DNA of 64,000 nt from Candidatus Babeliales bacterium (GTDB lineage: Bacteria > Babelota > Babeliae > Babelales > JANWKD01): NCBI GenBank assembly GCA_963762115.1, contig CAVXJH010000003.1, forward strand, positions 1 to 64,000. The letters are read 5' to 3'. The notes under the pieces were generated by a model. The model had not been told where the DNA came from, searched no databases, and saw only the letters and a list, made by a program, of their open reading frames with translations. A program made the translations under genes and the position numbers. Positions 10,294 to 20,993 of the stretch are shown in pieces. Numbering within the stretch: position 1 is the stretch's first letter; every line of letters begins with the position of its first letter.

Positions 10294-11344
10294 GATTTAC
10301 TCCTTTTTTTTGGGGTCTTTTGGTTATTATTTGATGTATTTCTTTAATCAGTTCTTCTAAAATACTTATAAGGTCTTTAGCTTCTGCAAAAAGTATGATT
10401 GATGCTTTATCTTGGGTGAGTGGTAATTTTTTGAAATAAATAGCGGTAATCATTTGTGGGTAGTGCGACAATAATGCTTGTATGATTTCTTTGCTGGCAC
10501 CAAGCATCTTTTTGCGGGCTTTATTGAATAGGGATTTTTTAATATCTTCCTCAAGGCGATAATTTAATTTTTCTAAAATATCAACAAGAGCAGCAGCTTT
10601 TGCTGTGTCACTATAATGAACATTTTTTAAGCATTTGGATTTGAATATTTTTGTGATATTCAGAAAATAAATAAGCTCACTCGAGTTTAACTGTTTATTG
10701 GGTGCAGTTTTTTTTGCCAGATAATAACTATTAAAAAAATCTTTATGGCAGGGTAAAATTGCATCAATAGTTGCTGGTATTCCCAATTTCCATTCGTCTG
10801 GCGTAGAAACGTCTTCATTTATTTTTTTTAATGTCATGCTGATAATAGGACTTATTTTTTTAATATGGTTTGAGATTTCAGTTTTTAATGTGTATGCATA
10901 TTGTAGTTTTTCATGCGAAGAATCTTTTTTGATGAGTTGTTTGATTTTTTCCCGTAGTGAATTTTCTTCTACTAACAAAGAATATTTTTTATGTACGGCG
11001 TTGATAGTGTTTTTAATAAAATCTGTTGTTTCATTTAATTGCGCAACATAATACGCATATCTTTGTGGTGCTTGATTGTTTTCAATAAAGTTGGTAACGA
11101 CTAAATGGCAACATTCAATAAGATTATCCCATTTTTGTAATTCTTCATGGTTTAGACCATTTTTTAGTAATGATCCTTCGGGAAAAGTGGCACTTTTTGT
11201 GGTATCAATAATGCCATAAAGTTCATAAGGCGTTGCTTGCGCGACTGTTTTTTGCATTTCTTCGGTACAAACACCTAAAGCGTTTGCAAAAATCATCAAA
11301 AAAGGCAAAATACGGGGAATGTGTAGTTTTGATGAATTATTCAT
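10283..11344 (-). CDS. Hypothetical helical protein, probable signal peptide
   Basis: 353-aa ORF, AAAGGGG RBS, hydrophobic N-terminus. Confidence 0.7.
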   Translation of the reverse strand: MNNSSKLHIPRILPFLMIFANALGVCTEEMQKTVAQATPYELYGIIDTTKSATFPEGSLLKNGLNHEELQKWDNLIECCHLVVTNFIENNQAPQRYAYYVAQLNETTDFIKNTINAVHKKYSLLVEENSLREKIKQLIKKDSSHEKLQYAYTLKTEISNHIKKISPIISMTLKKINEDVSTPDEWKLGIPATIDAILPCHKDFFNSYYLAKKTAPNKQLNSSELIYFLNITKIFKSKCLKNVHYSDTAKAAALVDILEKLNYRLEEDIKKSLFNKARKKMLGASKEIIQALLSHYPQMITAIYFKKLPLTQDKASIILFAEAKDLISILEELIKEIHQIITKRPQKKGVNHEK

Positions 11345-11450
11345 AAAAATCCCCTTTCATTGCTTTATAAGTATTTATTCTTTTTAATTTAATAATAGCA
11401 AATATAACAGGGTAAAAGCAATGGTTTTAAAAAGACTATTTGTGGGGGGG

Positions 11451-11485
11451 ATGACACCTGAAAATTAGGATATTTCAGGTGTCAT
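11451..11485. terminator. 13-bp inverted repeat downstream of the 11505-12023 gene
   Basis: ATGACACCTGAAA/TTTCAGGTGTCAT; no clear U tract. Confidence 0.5.
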
Positions 11486-11504
11486 TGGAAAATTATAAAG
11501 GTGT

Positions 11505-12023
11505 TTAATCAACTTTTAGATTTTTGCCATCAAAAGAGATTTTGTAATTTTTGAGAGAGGGATTATCGATTTGTATAGGTGCTACATTCGATGCAACTTG
11601 CTTTTTTGTTTTTGGATCACTAATAAAAGGTAATTCGATAACCAGGGTTTCATTAATTGCTTGATTTTTTCTGTTAAAATCAGCAGGTCCGATGTCACCT
11701 TCAATTGAGTTTACAGATTGTATTTCTTGGTCTGTTGGAAGAACTGTTACAGATTTTTTTGGCTTTAAAGTAAATTTAACATTCATATATGGTTGACAGC
11801 CATAATAGTCACAATTGTTATTGCCACCTTTCTGAGTACAAGGCATTCCACTCAGTGTTTTTAGCTTGCAACCAGGTATTGAATAAAATGATGATATAAC
11901 GACCGGATATTTTGTATTGTTAGTAATCTTACTTTTTGTCCACGGTGCATAAAAATCTTCAGCTTGAATATGGCTTATTAGGGGTAATAATCCTAATATT
12001 ATTATAAAATACCTACTTTTCAT
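11505..12023 (-). CDS. Secreted hypothetical protein (beta-rich, 4 Cys)
   Basis: 172 aa, signal peptide ending IQA-ED, AGGAGAG RBS. Confidence 0.75.
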   Translation of the reverse strand: MKSRYFIIILGLLPLISHIQAEDFYAPWTKSKITNNTKYPVVISSFYSIPGCKLKTLSGMPCTQKGGNNNCDYYGCQPYMNVKFTLKPKKSVTVLPTDQEIQSVNSIEGDIGPADFNRKNQAINETLVIELPFISDPKTKKQVASNVAPIQIDNPSLKNYKISFDGKNLKVD

Positions 12024-12238
12024 TATTCTCTCCTGAATTTTTAGTGCTTGACATTTTTCTTTATATATTTTATATTAGCAATTATTTATCAGAATTGGCA
12101 ACGATTTTAAAGGGCTTTTTTTGATAAGTAAGGGTTAGGGAGAAAATAGTGTGTTATCGATTTTGAACAATAAGCAATATTGTGCTATGCTACACACTAT
12201 ATTTTTGTTATTTAAAACTATTTTTTAAGGGATTCATT

Positions 12239-12451
12239 ATGAAACCATCAATTCATCCTGAAAATCATGAAATCACCACTCGTTGTGCTTGTGGTAATTC
12301 ATTTGATACTATGTCAACATTATCAGAAATAAAAACCACGATTTGTTCTGCATGTCATCCTTTTTATACCGGCGAACAAAAGTTCTTAGATACAGCAGGT
12401 AGAATTGAAAAATTCGAGAAGCGGTACAAAAAAGGCGTAACAAAAGCGTAA
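12239..12451 (+). CDS. rpmE: 50S ribosomal protein L31 (zinc-binding type)
   Basis: MKPSIHP..CACG..CSACHPFYTGEQKFLDTAGRIEKF; true start is the ATG at 12239. Confidence 0.97.
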   Translation: MKPSIHPENHEITTRCACGNSFDTMSTLSEIKTTICSACHPFYTGEQKFLDTAGRIEKFEKRYKKGVTKA

Positions 12452-12474
12452 AATAAGATACGATTGGTGTTGGT

Positions 12475-13545
12475 ATGCAAATTAATTGGTCAGAACTCAA
12501 GGCTCGCTACGAAGAAATTAATCAAAAACTTCTAAGTCCGTCACTTGATAATCAACAAAGACAGGAATTGCAACGAGAGCATACCCATCTTTCTACGTTA
12601 CTTAAAATTTATAAACGGATTGAAGAGCTTGAACAATTGCTGAGTTCTTCCCTAGAAGAGTTGGCAAAAAATCAAGGAACTGAATTAGCCGATTTATATC
12701 AAGAAGAAATAACTGAAGCGCAGCAAGCATTACAGCAAAAAAATCAAGAATTGGAGGATATTCTCTTTCCTCCAGATCCTCTTGATAATCGTTCGGTGTT
12801 TTTGGAAATTCGTGCCGGTACTGGCGGACAAGAAGCGGCCCTGTTTGCTGCTGATTTGGTCAAAATGTATACTAACTATGCTTTATCAAAAAGATGGCAT
12901 GTTGAGTTAGCTGATTGCAGTACCACCGATCTTGGTGGTATTCGAGAAGCAATTTTGCATATCGAAGGCAAAGGGGTTTATGGTCATTTGCGCTATGAAT
13001 CGGGCGTGCATCGGGTACAACGCGTACCTAAAACAGAAACGGCTGGTCGTGTGCATACTTCAACCGCAACGGTTGCTGTGTTGCCAGAAGCGCAAGAAGT
13101 TGATGTTGTCATAAATCCTGCTGATTTGCGCGTTGATACGTATCGTGCAAGTGGTGCTGGCGGTCAGCATGTTAATAAAACAGATTCTGCCATTCGTATT
13201 ACGCATATTCCGACGGGCATTGTTGTTGCTTGCCAAGAAGATCGTTCGCAGCACAAAAATAGAGCGAAAGCGATGAAGATGTTGCAATCGCGTATTTTGG
13301 CTGCACAACGAGAAAAGCAAGAAATGGAACAAAGCCAAAAGCGTAAGGAAATGGTAGGCACGGGTATGCGTGCTGAAAAAGTGCGCACTTATAATTTTCC
13401 TCAAAATAGGATTTCTGATCATCAGGTTGATTTAACATTGAAAAATCTTGATGTTGTCATTGAAGGTTCCCTTGATGAAATTATTGACGCATTGATGAAA
13501 AAAGGTCGTGAAGATCGCAAAAAAATGTTATCGCCTACAAAATAA
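12475..13545 (+). CDS. prfA: Peptide chain release factor 1
   Basis: EIRAGTGGQEAALFA, VQRVPKTE (PxT motif), GAGGQHVNKTDSA, RTYNFPQNR; follows rpmE. Confidence 0.97.
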   Translation: MQINWSELKARYEEINQKLLSPSLDNQQRQELQREHTHLSTLLKIYKRIEELEQLLSSSLEELAKNQGTELADLYQEEITEAQQALQQKNQELEDILFPPDPLDNRSVFLEIRAGTGGQEAALFAADLVKMYTNYALSKRWHVELADCSTTDLGGIREAILHIEGKGVYGHLRYESGVHRVQRVPKTETAGRVHTSTATVAVLPEAQEVDVVINPADLRVDTYRASGAGGQHVNKTDSAIRITHIPTGIVVACQEDRSQHKNRAKAMKMLQSRILAAQREKQEMEQSQKRKEMVGTGMRAEKVRTYNFPQNRISDHQVDLTLKNLDVVIEGSLDEIIDALMKKGREDRKKMLSPTK

Positions 13546-13547
13546 TA

Positions 13548-14825
13548 ATGGAATTTTACATGCTACTTTCATATTTTATTGAACATAATCGTTATGGTAA
13601 TCTCATTGGTATTTTTGTGGTGATTTTGATTGCGTTTTTGTGTTCTCGAAAACGATCTGCCATTAATTATAGATTAATTGCTTCTGCATTAAGCATGCAG
13701 GTTCTTATTGCCTTTGGTATTTTAAGAACGAATGTTGGTTTTAACATCGTAAATGCAATAGCGCATGGCGTGACAACTCTTTATAGTTGCGCTGAAAATG
13801 GCGCGCAATTTCTTTTTGGCAACCTTACTAACCCAACAATGGCGTGGGGATTTATTTTTGCTTTCAAAGTGTTACCAATTATCATTTTTTTTGGCGCTTT
13901 GATGTCATTGCTCTTTTATATGGGCATTGTTCAGCGTGTTGTTACGGTGGTGAGTTATGCCATTCGACCAATTTTTGGCACTTCCGGTGCTGAAACAGTA
14001 TGCGCAATTGCCAATAGTTTTTTGGGTCAAACTGAAGCCCCTTTATTAATTCGTAATTATTTACCGCATATGACTAAATCAGAATTGTTGTTAGTTATGG
14101 TAAGCGGAATGGGCACTATTAGCGGCGCTATTTTGGCAGTTTTTGCAGCGATGGGAATTCCTGCTGTGCATTTGTTAACAGCAAGTGTTATGGCTATTCC
14201 CGGTACCATATTGATTGCAAAAATTTTATATCCTGAAACTGAACAACCAGCAACGGCTGCGGGTGTTCAATCTGATGTGCAGAGTCCTGCAAATACTTTT
14301 CTTGATGCCATTGCAATGGGCACCACCGACGGACTTTATTTGGCCCTGAATGTTGCTGCTATGCTTCTTTCTTTTATCTCATTAATAGCATTATTAAATT
14401 TTCTTCTTGCTCTTGGGTCTGGGTATATTAATTCTTTTGTTCTCCATTGTTCTGGCATTGTTCTTCCGCAGCTTTCGCTGGGTCTTATTTTCTCTTATCT
14501 TTTTGCACCGTTTGGCTATTTACTTGGTTTTAGTGGTAACGAAGCATTCATGGCAGGTCAATTGCTTGGCATGAAAGTTACTATTAATGAATTGATTGCT
14601 TATGGTGAGTTATTACGCATGAATTTATCTGAGCGCAGTGTTATTATTATGACTTATGCATTATGTGGTTTTGCAAATTTTTCATGTATTGGCATTCAAA
14701 TTGGTGGTATTGGTGCACTTATGCCAGAAAAGAGAGCTTGGTTAAGTGAATTAGGTTTATTAGCAGTTCTTGGTGGTTCATTATCAAATTTATTATCGGC
14801 AATGATTATTGGTTTGTTGCTTTAA
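13548..14825 (+). CDS. nupC: Concentrative nucleoside transporter (NupC/CNT family)
   Basis: FAFKVLPIIIFF, TSGAE, FLGQTEAPL, INELIAY, YALCGFANFSCIGIQIGG. Confidence 0.93.
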   Translation: MEFYMLLSYFIEHNRYGNLIGIFVVILIAFLCSRKRSAINYRLIASALSMQVLIAFGILRTNVGFNIVNAIAHGVTTLYSCAENGAQFLFGNLTNPTMAWGFIFAFKVLPIIIFFGALMSLLFYMGIVQRVVTVVSYAIRPIFGTSGAETVCAIANSFLGQTEAPLLIRNYLPHMTKSELLLVMVSGMGTISGAILAVFAAMGIPAVHLLTASVMAIPGTILIAKILYPETEQPATAAGVQSDVQSPANTFLDAIAMGTTDGLYLALNVAAMLLSFISLIALLNFLLALGSGYINSFVLHCSGIVLPQLSLGLIFSYLFAPFGYLLGFSGNEAFMAGQLLGMKVTINELIAYGELLRMNLSERSVIIMTYALCGFANFSCIGIQIGGIGALMPEKRAWLSELGLLAVLGGSLSNLLSAMIIGLLL

Positions 14826-14834
14826 GAAATGGCG

Positions 14835-16790
14835 TTAAATATCTCTTGGTAATTTCTTGAATTCAAGTGCAACTTTTGAATAATGTGGTTTATTGCGTGT
14901 TATTGTCTTTACTGCATTTTCTAAAGTTGGCTTGAAATATTCATATAATTCTGGATTGGTTGATTGAAGTTCTTGTCCGTTTTGTGCAATGGCACATAAT
15001 CTTTTAAAAGAATCACCTTTATTCTTTTCAGAAATATCTTCATTAATATGTTGTTGCATAGTATTCAAAATTATAGTTGGAATAACTAATTCATCAGTTA
15101 TTATTTCTGGTGAAGAATCATCTTTTTTATTTTCTACTTTTTTATTTCTGCAGCATGCAAGAAGAGCAGATTTAGTATTTATTTTTAGAGCATTAAGATA
15201 TGAAAGTCCAATTAAGGAATTTTTAAGATTATTGGTGGCAAAGTTGAAAATATCAGAAATTTTTTTATTATTAAATTTTTCTGTGTAAAAAAGAATATTA
15301 AAATACCTTATATCTGAGGCTAAAAATGGATAGTTAAGCTTGTGAAGTGTGGCATGTAATTCATTAATATTGTCCGATATTAGATAATAATATGCTGAAA
15401 AAAATAACATGCGGGCAACTCTTCGTTTACTTATTTCTGACCAAATCTCGCTCATAATTCTATCGGTTGTTGAATTTTTTGGTATAGAACAAAAGGTATT
15501 TTCTTGTCCTTTGTGCAGAAATCCTTCAAATAAGTCGATGTATACTTTAAATTCTGGTAAAGAAACTTCAAGAGTAGTTTTGATTTTATCTTGTTTCAAT
15601 TGTTCTAAGTTTGTATGTAATTCTTCTAAGGAATTAACATTTAAAGATTCTTTTAATAATGCTTTAAAGTGTGATGCAATTTCAGTTACGGTATCTTTAT
15701 CAATATTGTTTTCAAGAATGCATTGTACCCTTGAGGTAACAAGTGATTTTAAACCAAGTTCTTTTTTTTGTAAGAGAAGTTTTCTTAATGTTGAAAAAAT
15801 AGTATTTGGAAGACGTTTATTGGCGTTCATAAAATTAATAAGTTCATCGATGGATTTTTGAGTATATTCGCCGGATATTTCTTGATTTATTTTTGCTTCA
15901 ATTAATTCAGAGATCATCTGATTTATTGGTGTTGATATAGAGTCAGATTCTTGTACTGTTTTATAATGTTCTGCAAGTTGGGTATAACTTTGTTTGATAA
16001 GTACATCTTGAAAAGCTGCTAAAGATTGATTTTTAAAGCGCTCCATTTCTTGTTGTTCTATAAAATCAAAGGATTGATCATTACAAATTGCTCTATAATC
16101 CATAAGAGAGTTTGTGAGATTATTTTGGGAAATAACTGCAGGAAAATATCTTAAAAGAGTAAGCACTGATTGTTTGATAATTATGTCTTTATAATAAGCA
16201 AATCTGCCGAAATTAAGAGAATTGACTTTGATGAGGTTAGTAAGATTGCTAGCATTTTTTATTAGCTGATTAAAATATATTATTTCTTGTATTGAATCAA
16301 AAAGTATAGTAGGTATTTGATTTTCAGTGGGGTAATAAGAAAGACGTCCATAAAAATATAATCCTAGGCATGATGGCGAATACTCATTAGACCAATGTTT
16401 TCTAAGTTTACAATATATAATTTCGCGAAATTGATCTGACAATTGTTCAAGGATTTCATTGATTTTTATTTCTGTTTTTTTAATCTCTTCAAATTTAGTT
16501 TGGGAAATTTCTTTATTAATTCTGTTTAGAATGATTTCTAAAAAATCTTTTACAGGATATTCTTGCGCTAATTCTTGCATTGATAAGGGTTTTTGTTCAA
16601 TCTCTAAACAAGATAAAGATCTATTATTATTAGCTTGAATAATTATTTTCAAATTCTTTATAATAGCGTCGGTTGATAATGATGAAAGACGTATGATGCT
16701 ATGTTTAAAGGAATCGAGTTCTACCCTTAAAGGGTCATCCATACCAGATGCAGAAGATATGAAAAAAAAGGATAAAAAAATTAATAACAT
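14835..16790 (-). CDS. Secreted helical hypothetical protein
   Basis: 651 aa; signal peptide ending ASG-MDD. Confidence 0.75.
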   Translation of the reverse strand: MLLIFLSFFFISSASGMDDPLRVELDSFKHSIIRLSSLSTDAIIKNLKIIIQANNNRSLSCLEIEQKPLSMQELAQEYPVKDFLEIILNRINKEISQTKFEEIKKTEIKINEILEQLSDQFREIIYCKLRKHWSNEYSPSCLGLYFYGRLSYYPTENQIPTILFDSIQEIIYFNQLIKNASNLTNLIKVNSLNFGRFAYYKDIIIKQSVLTLLRYFPAVISQNNLTNSLMDYRAICNDQSFDFIEQQEMERFKNQSLAAFQDVLIKQSYTQLAEHYKTVQESDSISTPINQMISELIEAKINQEISGEYTQKSIDELINFMNANKRLPNTIFSTLRKLLLQKKELGLKSLVTSRVQCILENNIDKDTVTEIASHFKALLKESLNVNSLEELHTNLEQLKQDKIKTTLEVSLPEFKVYIDLFEGFLHKGQENTFCSIPKNSTTDRIMSEIWSEISKRRVARMLFFSAYYYLISDNINELHATLHKLNYPFLASDIRYFNILFYTEKFNNKKISDIFNFATNNLKNSLIGLSYLNALKINTKSALLACCRNKKVENKKDDSSPEIITDELVIPTIILNTMQQHINEDISEKNKGDSFKRLCAIAQNGQELQSTNPELYEYFKPTLENAVKTITRNKPHYSKVALEFKKLPRDI

Positions 16791-16919
16791 GGAAAATCTA
16801 CTAAAGTAATAAAATTTTTTTGCTTATGATAATTTTGATGAATTTTGCATTAGTATATAATTTTTTTTAAAAAAATACTAGCAAGATTATTACATGATGA
16901 GATTAAATTAATAATTTTT

Positions 16920-17933
16920 TTAACTAAAAATTGGTATCGAAAAATCACTTTTGTGCAAATCATTTTCTTCTTTATCCTGTTTAATGAGAAAGGGAATGGG
17001 ATTGTTAGATTTTTTATTTCGTATTATTTCGCTTTGTTCAGGCAAAGTATATTTATTGAGAACCTCTCCTTCTGGTGTTAGAAGAAAAAGTTTTGTGCTA
17101 TCTTGTTCAACGAACAACTCATCGTTTTCAGTTATGCCAATTAAAGTGCCAAAAAGTGTTTTTGCTTTTTGGTTTTTTTGATTAAAAATGGAAATTTTTG
17201 GATAGTCAAGTTTATTGTCAGGATGTTGTAATGCAATGAATTTTGAACCAATTTTAGCATTTATTACAGGAAATCGCGTGTGCATTCTTGTATAATGCCG
17301 GCGATTACTCCAGATATTTTTCCAATGATAATTACGGCCTACTGCATCACAGCTAATAAAACTGTTTTTTCCAAATTGTATCGTTGTTATTGAATTGGTA
17401 TGAATTTTTGGCAGTTCTAATTTACACCTACCTTTTTCAAAACCAACTAATGAAAGAGTTCCATTTTCTTGACCTACTGCAAAATATTCGGAATCACTAT
17501 CAATGGCAACTGCAGTAATTTTGGTTTTAAAGCGAACTTTTTCAATACTGCCTGATTGCATGTTGATAATAAATAATTTGTTATTGGCGCTGAAAATTAC
17601 ATTGTTGCCAAGATGATTAGTTTCAAGAAATGAAAGTGATAGGTGTTTTTTGAAAAGATGAGATAAAATTGTTGCATGATTTTCGCCAATTCTTTTCTGT
17701 ACAAATTGGTATTCTGTTTGCTTGGATAAGAGTAGGACCTTTTCTAAACCAATGAGCGTAGAGCCATGAAGGCTGATGCGTCGGTCATCAACTTTGATAT
17801 TGGATGAAATGGTGGCTATGTGCTTGAAATGTAGGGTGTCTTTTTTGTCAGCATCTATTTTATCGCCATTCATTGCGTGAGTTAATGATGAACAATATAT
17901 AATACTACCTATGAGTGCAAAGCGAATATTCAT
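16920..17933 (-). CDS. Secreted WD40/beta-propeller protein
   Basis: Signal peptide ending THA-MN; ITAVAIDSDSEYFAVGQENGTLSLV and HTNSITTIQF..FISCD WD-type blades. Confidence 0.75.
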   Translation of the reverse strand: MNIRFALIGSIIYCSSLTHAMNGDKIDADKKDTLHFKHIATISSNIKVDDRRISLHGSTLIGLEKVLLLSKQTEYQFVQKRIGENHATILSHLFKKHLSLSFLETNHLGNNVIFSANNKLFIINMQSGSIEKVRFKTKITAVAIDSDSEYFAVGQENGTLSLVGFEKGRCKLELPKIHTNSITTIQFGKNSFISCDAVGRNYHWKNIWSNRRHYTRMHTRFPVINAKIGSKFIALQHPDNKLDYPKISIFNQKNQKAKTLFGTLIGITENDELFVEQDSTKLFLLTPEGEVLNKYTLPEQSEIIRNKKSNNPIPFLIKQDKEENDLHKSDFSIPIFS

Positions 17934-17974
17934 GATTTTTTTCTTAGAGTATACCGTTGTTTGAGAAATGATTA

Positions 17975-18008
17975 ATAAAAGCGCAATTGCTTTTTATGCA
18001 ATTGCGCT
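17975..18008 (-). terminator. Probable terminator downstream of the NADAR gene
   Basis: AGCGCAATTGC/GCAATTGCGCT stem with a short T run on the minus strand. Confidence 0.55.
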
Positions 18009-18070
18009 CTGGTAGCATTATACCCTATAAGTGCAGAATTTTATAGGCAAAATTAACGAATATTCAATAG

Positions 18071-19406
18071 TTATTGTATGATGCAAGCGGCCCTTTTTTC
18101 AGGCGGTGTTAATGCACAAGCCAAATTATTGAGTGATTCGACTAATAATTGTAATTGTTGTGTTAGGTCATTTGAAATAATTTGCTGGGGTGGGTTGTAC
18201 ATAATCTGTGGTTGTTGGATTTGTGGCATTTGTTGAACAGTTTGTATGGGTTTTTGAACTGGTTGAGTTGGCGTTACGCTTTGCCGTGATTTTTGTATAT
18301 AATACGATGTTGGATGTTCTTGATAATTTGTTTCTGGTGCTCCGCGCAATTCATCTCGTACTTGCATTAAAATTTGACCAAGATGATTGCTGCCGGTGTA
18401 ATCTGCTCCAGCGCCGAAAAAACTATCATTACCTTTTGCATCTTCAACTAAAATTCTATTGCCGGTATCGAGTAGTAATTTTTTTAGAATATTGCTTTGT
18501 TTGAACTTTTCACGAACTGCGTGTATCATAAATTGTAGATTAACGCTTTTCCAATCTTGACGTACTTCGGTGCTATTTCTTCGAGCATAATTAAAGGCAT
18601 CTCTTGGCTCTGGTAATATTCTAATTTTTTCTTGTATTGTAGGAAATTCAAATTTCATTGCTTGATAATAATGCTCAGTTGTTGGCCAAACTTTTCCATC
18701 AATAGTAATGTAATTTTTATAAAAATTAGTGAATCCATAATAACTTCCTGGTCCGGTATCGTCATAAAAATATATTGCGCCAGGAATATTTGCCCAATCA
18801 TATTGGCCTTGAATTGTCGTTTGGGGTTGTGATGGAATTTGTTGAATTGGTTGTTGGATTTGTGGTGGTTGTTGAGCGCTTCCTAGTAAGTTTTCAATTC
18901 TTTGTCGATTTTTTTGCAAAATATCTCGTATTGCAGGATCAACGTTAATAGTTTCTTCTCCGCCTTTAAATTTTTTTTTTCGTTATTGGCTGATTGCCTA
19001 AAAAATCTTCGAGTCTAATCCAAGCAAAATTGTCACTGAATTGGGTTCTCGACTCAGCATGGAGTACGCTTCCTTGTATAAATGGTACTTTCACAAAATG
19101 AACATAATCTTCTGTGCCTTGTTTTGTATATTTTATTCAGATCGGACTAATATCTTTTTGTGATAATTGATAGTTTTTCGCTATCTGTTTTGGTAAAAAT
19201 TGTGCAGCAAATCTGTCGGCTTTCATGCTGGAACTTGTTCCATTTCTATTAAAATCAGTCCAAATGTCTGCTTGTGGATCATGTCGCAATAACACTTTCC
19301 AAATGCCGTTATCATTGGCAAAAAGTATAATGCGAGATCGCCAATCTGCTTTTATAGTAAAAGTAATACATATCATAATACTTAAAAATAAACTTTTTAA
19401 TTTCAT
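18071..19406 (-). pseudogene. Interrupted secreted Nudix-like + NADAR (YbiA) fusion with C-terminal CaaX (CIIQ)
   Basis: ORF 19137-19406 (signal peptide, WKVLLRHD..WTDF) continues in frame past the TGA at 19137-19139 as IKYTKQGTEDYVHFVKVPFI..FAWIRLEDF. Removing one A from the A10 run at 18971-18980 joins it to ORF 18071-18919 (FTNFY, WPTTEHYYQAMKF, KFKQ, LLLDTG, NHLGQILMQVRD = NADAR). Confidence 0.8.
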
Positions 19407-20494
19407 AAAATTTCCTTTATATCGTTATTTTTATCTTCAGTAAGCATTGCAATGGTGTTATTGTGTAGTATAGGCAGACCAACAGCTTGATATTCAAGAA
19501 TTTTTGTTGGTCGAGAAGTCCAATTAATGAGATGCTTTTCACGAAAAATAATTCCCGCATCGCACGTAGCAAGGTAATTATATATCGCACTATGAGGTAC
19601 GGTCATGATGGTATAAGATTCTTCAGGAATATTTTTTTGTTCCAAGAGATGTTTAAAACCAGCGACATCTTGCGTTAAAATTAACAAATAACTGTTTGAG
19701 TCTTTTTCTAATTCTTTTTTAAAAAAAACGATTGTTTTTTCAGGGCACTGCCAAGGTTTTAACGAGCCATTATAACAATATACTTGAGCAAAGGGCGAAA
19801 TAGTAAGTTCTGTTCTTGTTGCAGTTCTCCATTCTTGTATTTTTGCTGTTGGAATAGGTGATGGAATATCATTATATGCAATAGTTATGCAGTGTGCAGG
19901 TGTTTGATAGTTGGTTATTAAATGTTCCTTAAGGGCGTTGCTTACTGCCTCAAAATGTACAACAAAATTGTTTTTGGTTGATTGCGTATATACTTTTTTT
20001 TCTAATTGAGCAAAAATAGAAGTGCGCCATTGATGCCACCATTGTTTGAATATATTTTTTTCTTGTGCATGTTCATAAGTATATTCAGCGGCAAGGAGCC
20101 CACGAATTTGCACCGTGAACTGGGTACAATGTTCTGTATTGAGTGCTTTTAAACTGACAAATCCTGCAAGTGGCCCACGAGCAATGATTGAATATGAAGA
20201 AAACTTTTTTAGGTACTGTTTAAGAGCAATAATGGCGGGTATTGAGCTCCATTTGCCTAAAAATGGCAGTTTTTTAAGGCATACTATTGAGGCTATGTTT
20301 TGTGGAATACGTTTTTTGAGATAGGCAGCAGAAGGTATTTTTTTCTCAAAGCTGATAATAATAATTGGTTGCTGAGGGTTCTTTTTTTTATGATTAATTA
20401 ATGGCTCTAAAATTTGACCATCAAAAATTGAATTATTAATGCTGTCATAGAGAATAAAAATGAGAGGTTCTTTTGAGGGATATTTTTTAATCAT
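19403..20494 (-). CDS. Glycosyltransferase, GT-B fold (family 4-like)
   Basis: YCYNGSLKPWQ, YLATCDAGIIFRE, SRPTKILEYQAVGLPIL. Confidence 0.85.
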   Translation of the reverse strand: MIKKYPSKEPLIFILYDSINNSIFDGQILEPLINHKKKNPQQPIIIISFEKKIPSAAYLKKRIPQNIASIVCLKKLPFLGKWSSIPAIIALKQYLKKFSSYSIIARGPLAGFVSLKALNTEHCTQFTVQIRGLLAAEYTYEHAQEKNIFKQWWHQWRTSIFAQLEKKVYTQSTKNNFVVHFEAVSNALKEHLITNYQTPAHCITIAYNDIPSPIPTAKIQEWRTATRTELTISPFAQVYCYNGSLKPWQCPEKTIVFFKKELEKDSNSYLLILTQDVAGFKHLLEQKNIPEESYTIMTVPHSAIYNYLATCDAGIIFREKHLINWTSRPTKILEYQAVGLPILHNNTIAMLTEDKNNDIKEIL

Positions 20495-20984
20495 TACGTG
20501 TGTTACTTTTTTTTTTCAATTTTATTTTAAACGGCAGACCCAAATTTTTTTGCCATTCTCTGATCTCTCTTTTATTATCCAGAGGATTTTCGCGCAAATT
20601 GATTCGTTGGAGTGCGGGGAAATTTTCTCTTAAGATGCACAAGGTTGATTCAGCAATGTGTTCTATTTTATTTTTGCGCAATATGATTCTTTTAAGCGTC
20701 GTACTGGTGATTGATAAAAAGGGGACTTATATCATCAATTGCATTTTTTTTAAATTAAGTTGTGTTCTACCATCAAAATTTAATTTTTCGATGCCATCTA
20801 AATTTGAAATAGATAATTTTGAAAGGGTAATGTTTGTGTTATTGTACATTTTTATTTGATGATTTTTAATGGCTAAAATTTTTGTAATGGAAACATCTTG
20901 AAAAATCTCTTTGCCGCAAAACGTGGTGAATTGCGGCATGAGACAAAAAATGTTTAAAAGTGTAATGAAGTAATTTATTTTCAT
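20487..20984 (-). pseudogene. Interrupted secreted leucine-rich-repeat protein
   Basis: ORFs 20727-20984 and 20487-20681 are in the same frame, separated by one TAA. LRR motifs LSKLSISNLDGIEKL, LKRIILRKNKIEHI, LQRINLRENPL. Confidence 0.75.
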
Positions 20985-20993
20985 AGCATTATT

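Noticed and set aside
19137..19139. In-frame TGA as evidence of genetic code 4/25 or selenocysteine
   Set aside because: TGA terminates dnaE, ppsA and the phosphomutase at their expected ends, and other long genes have no internal TGA.
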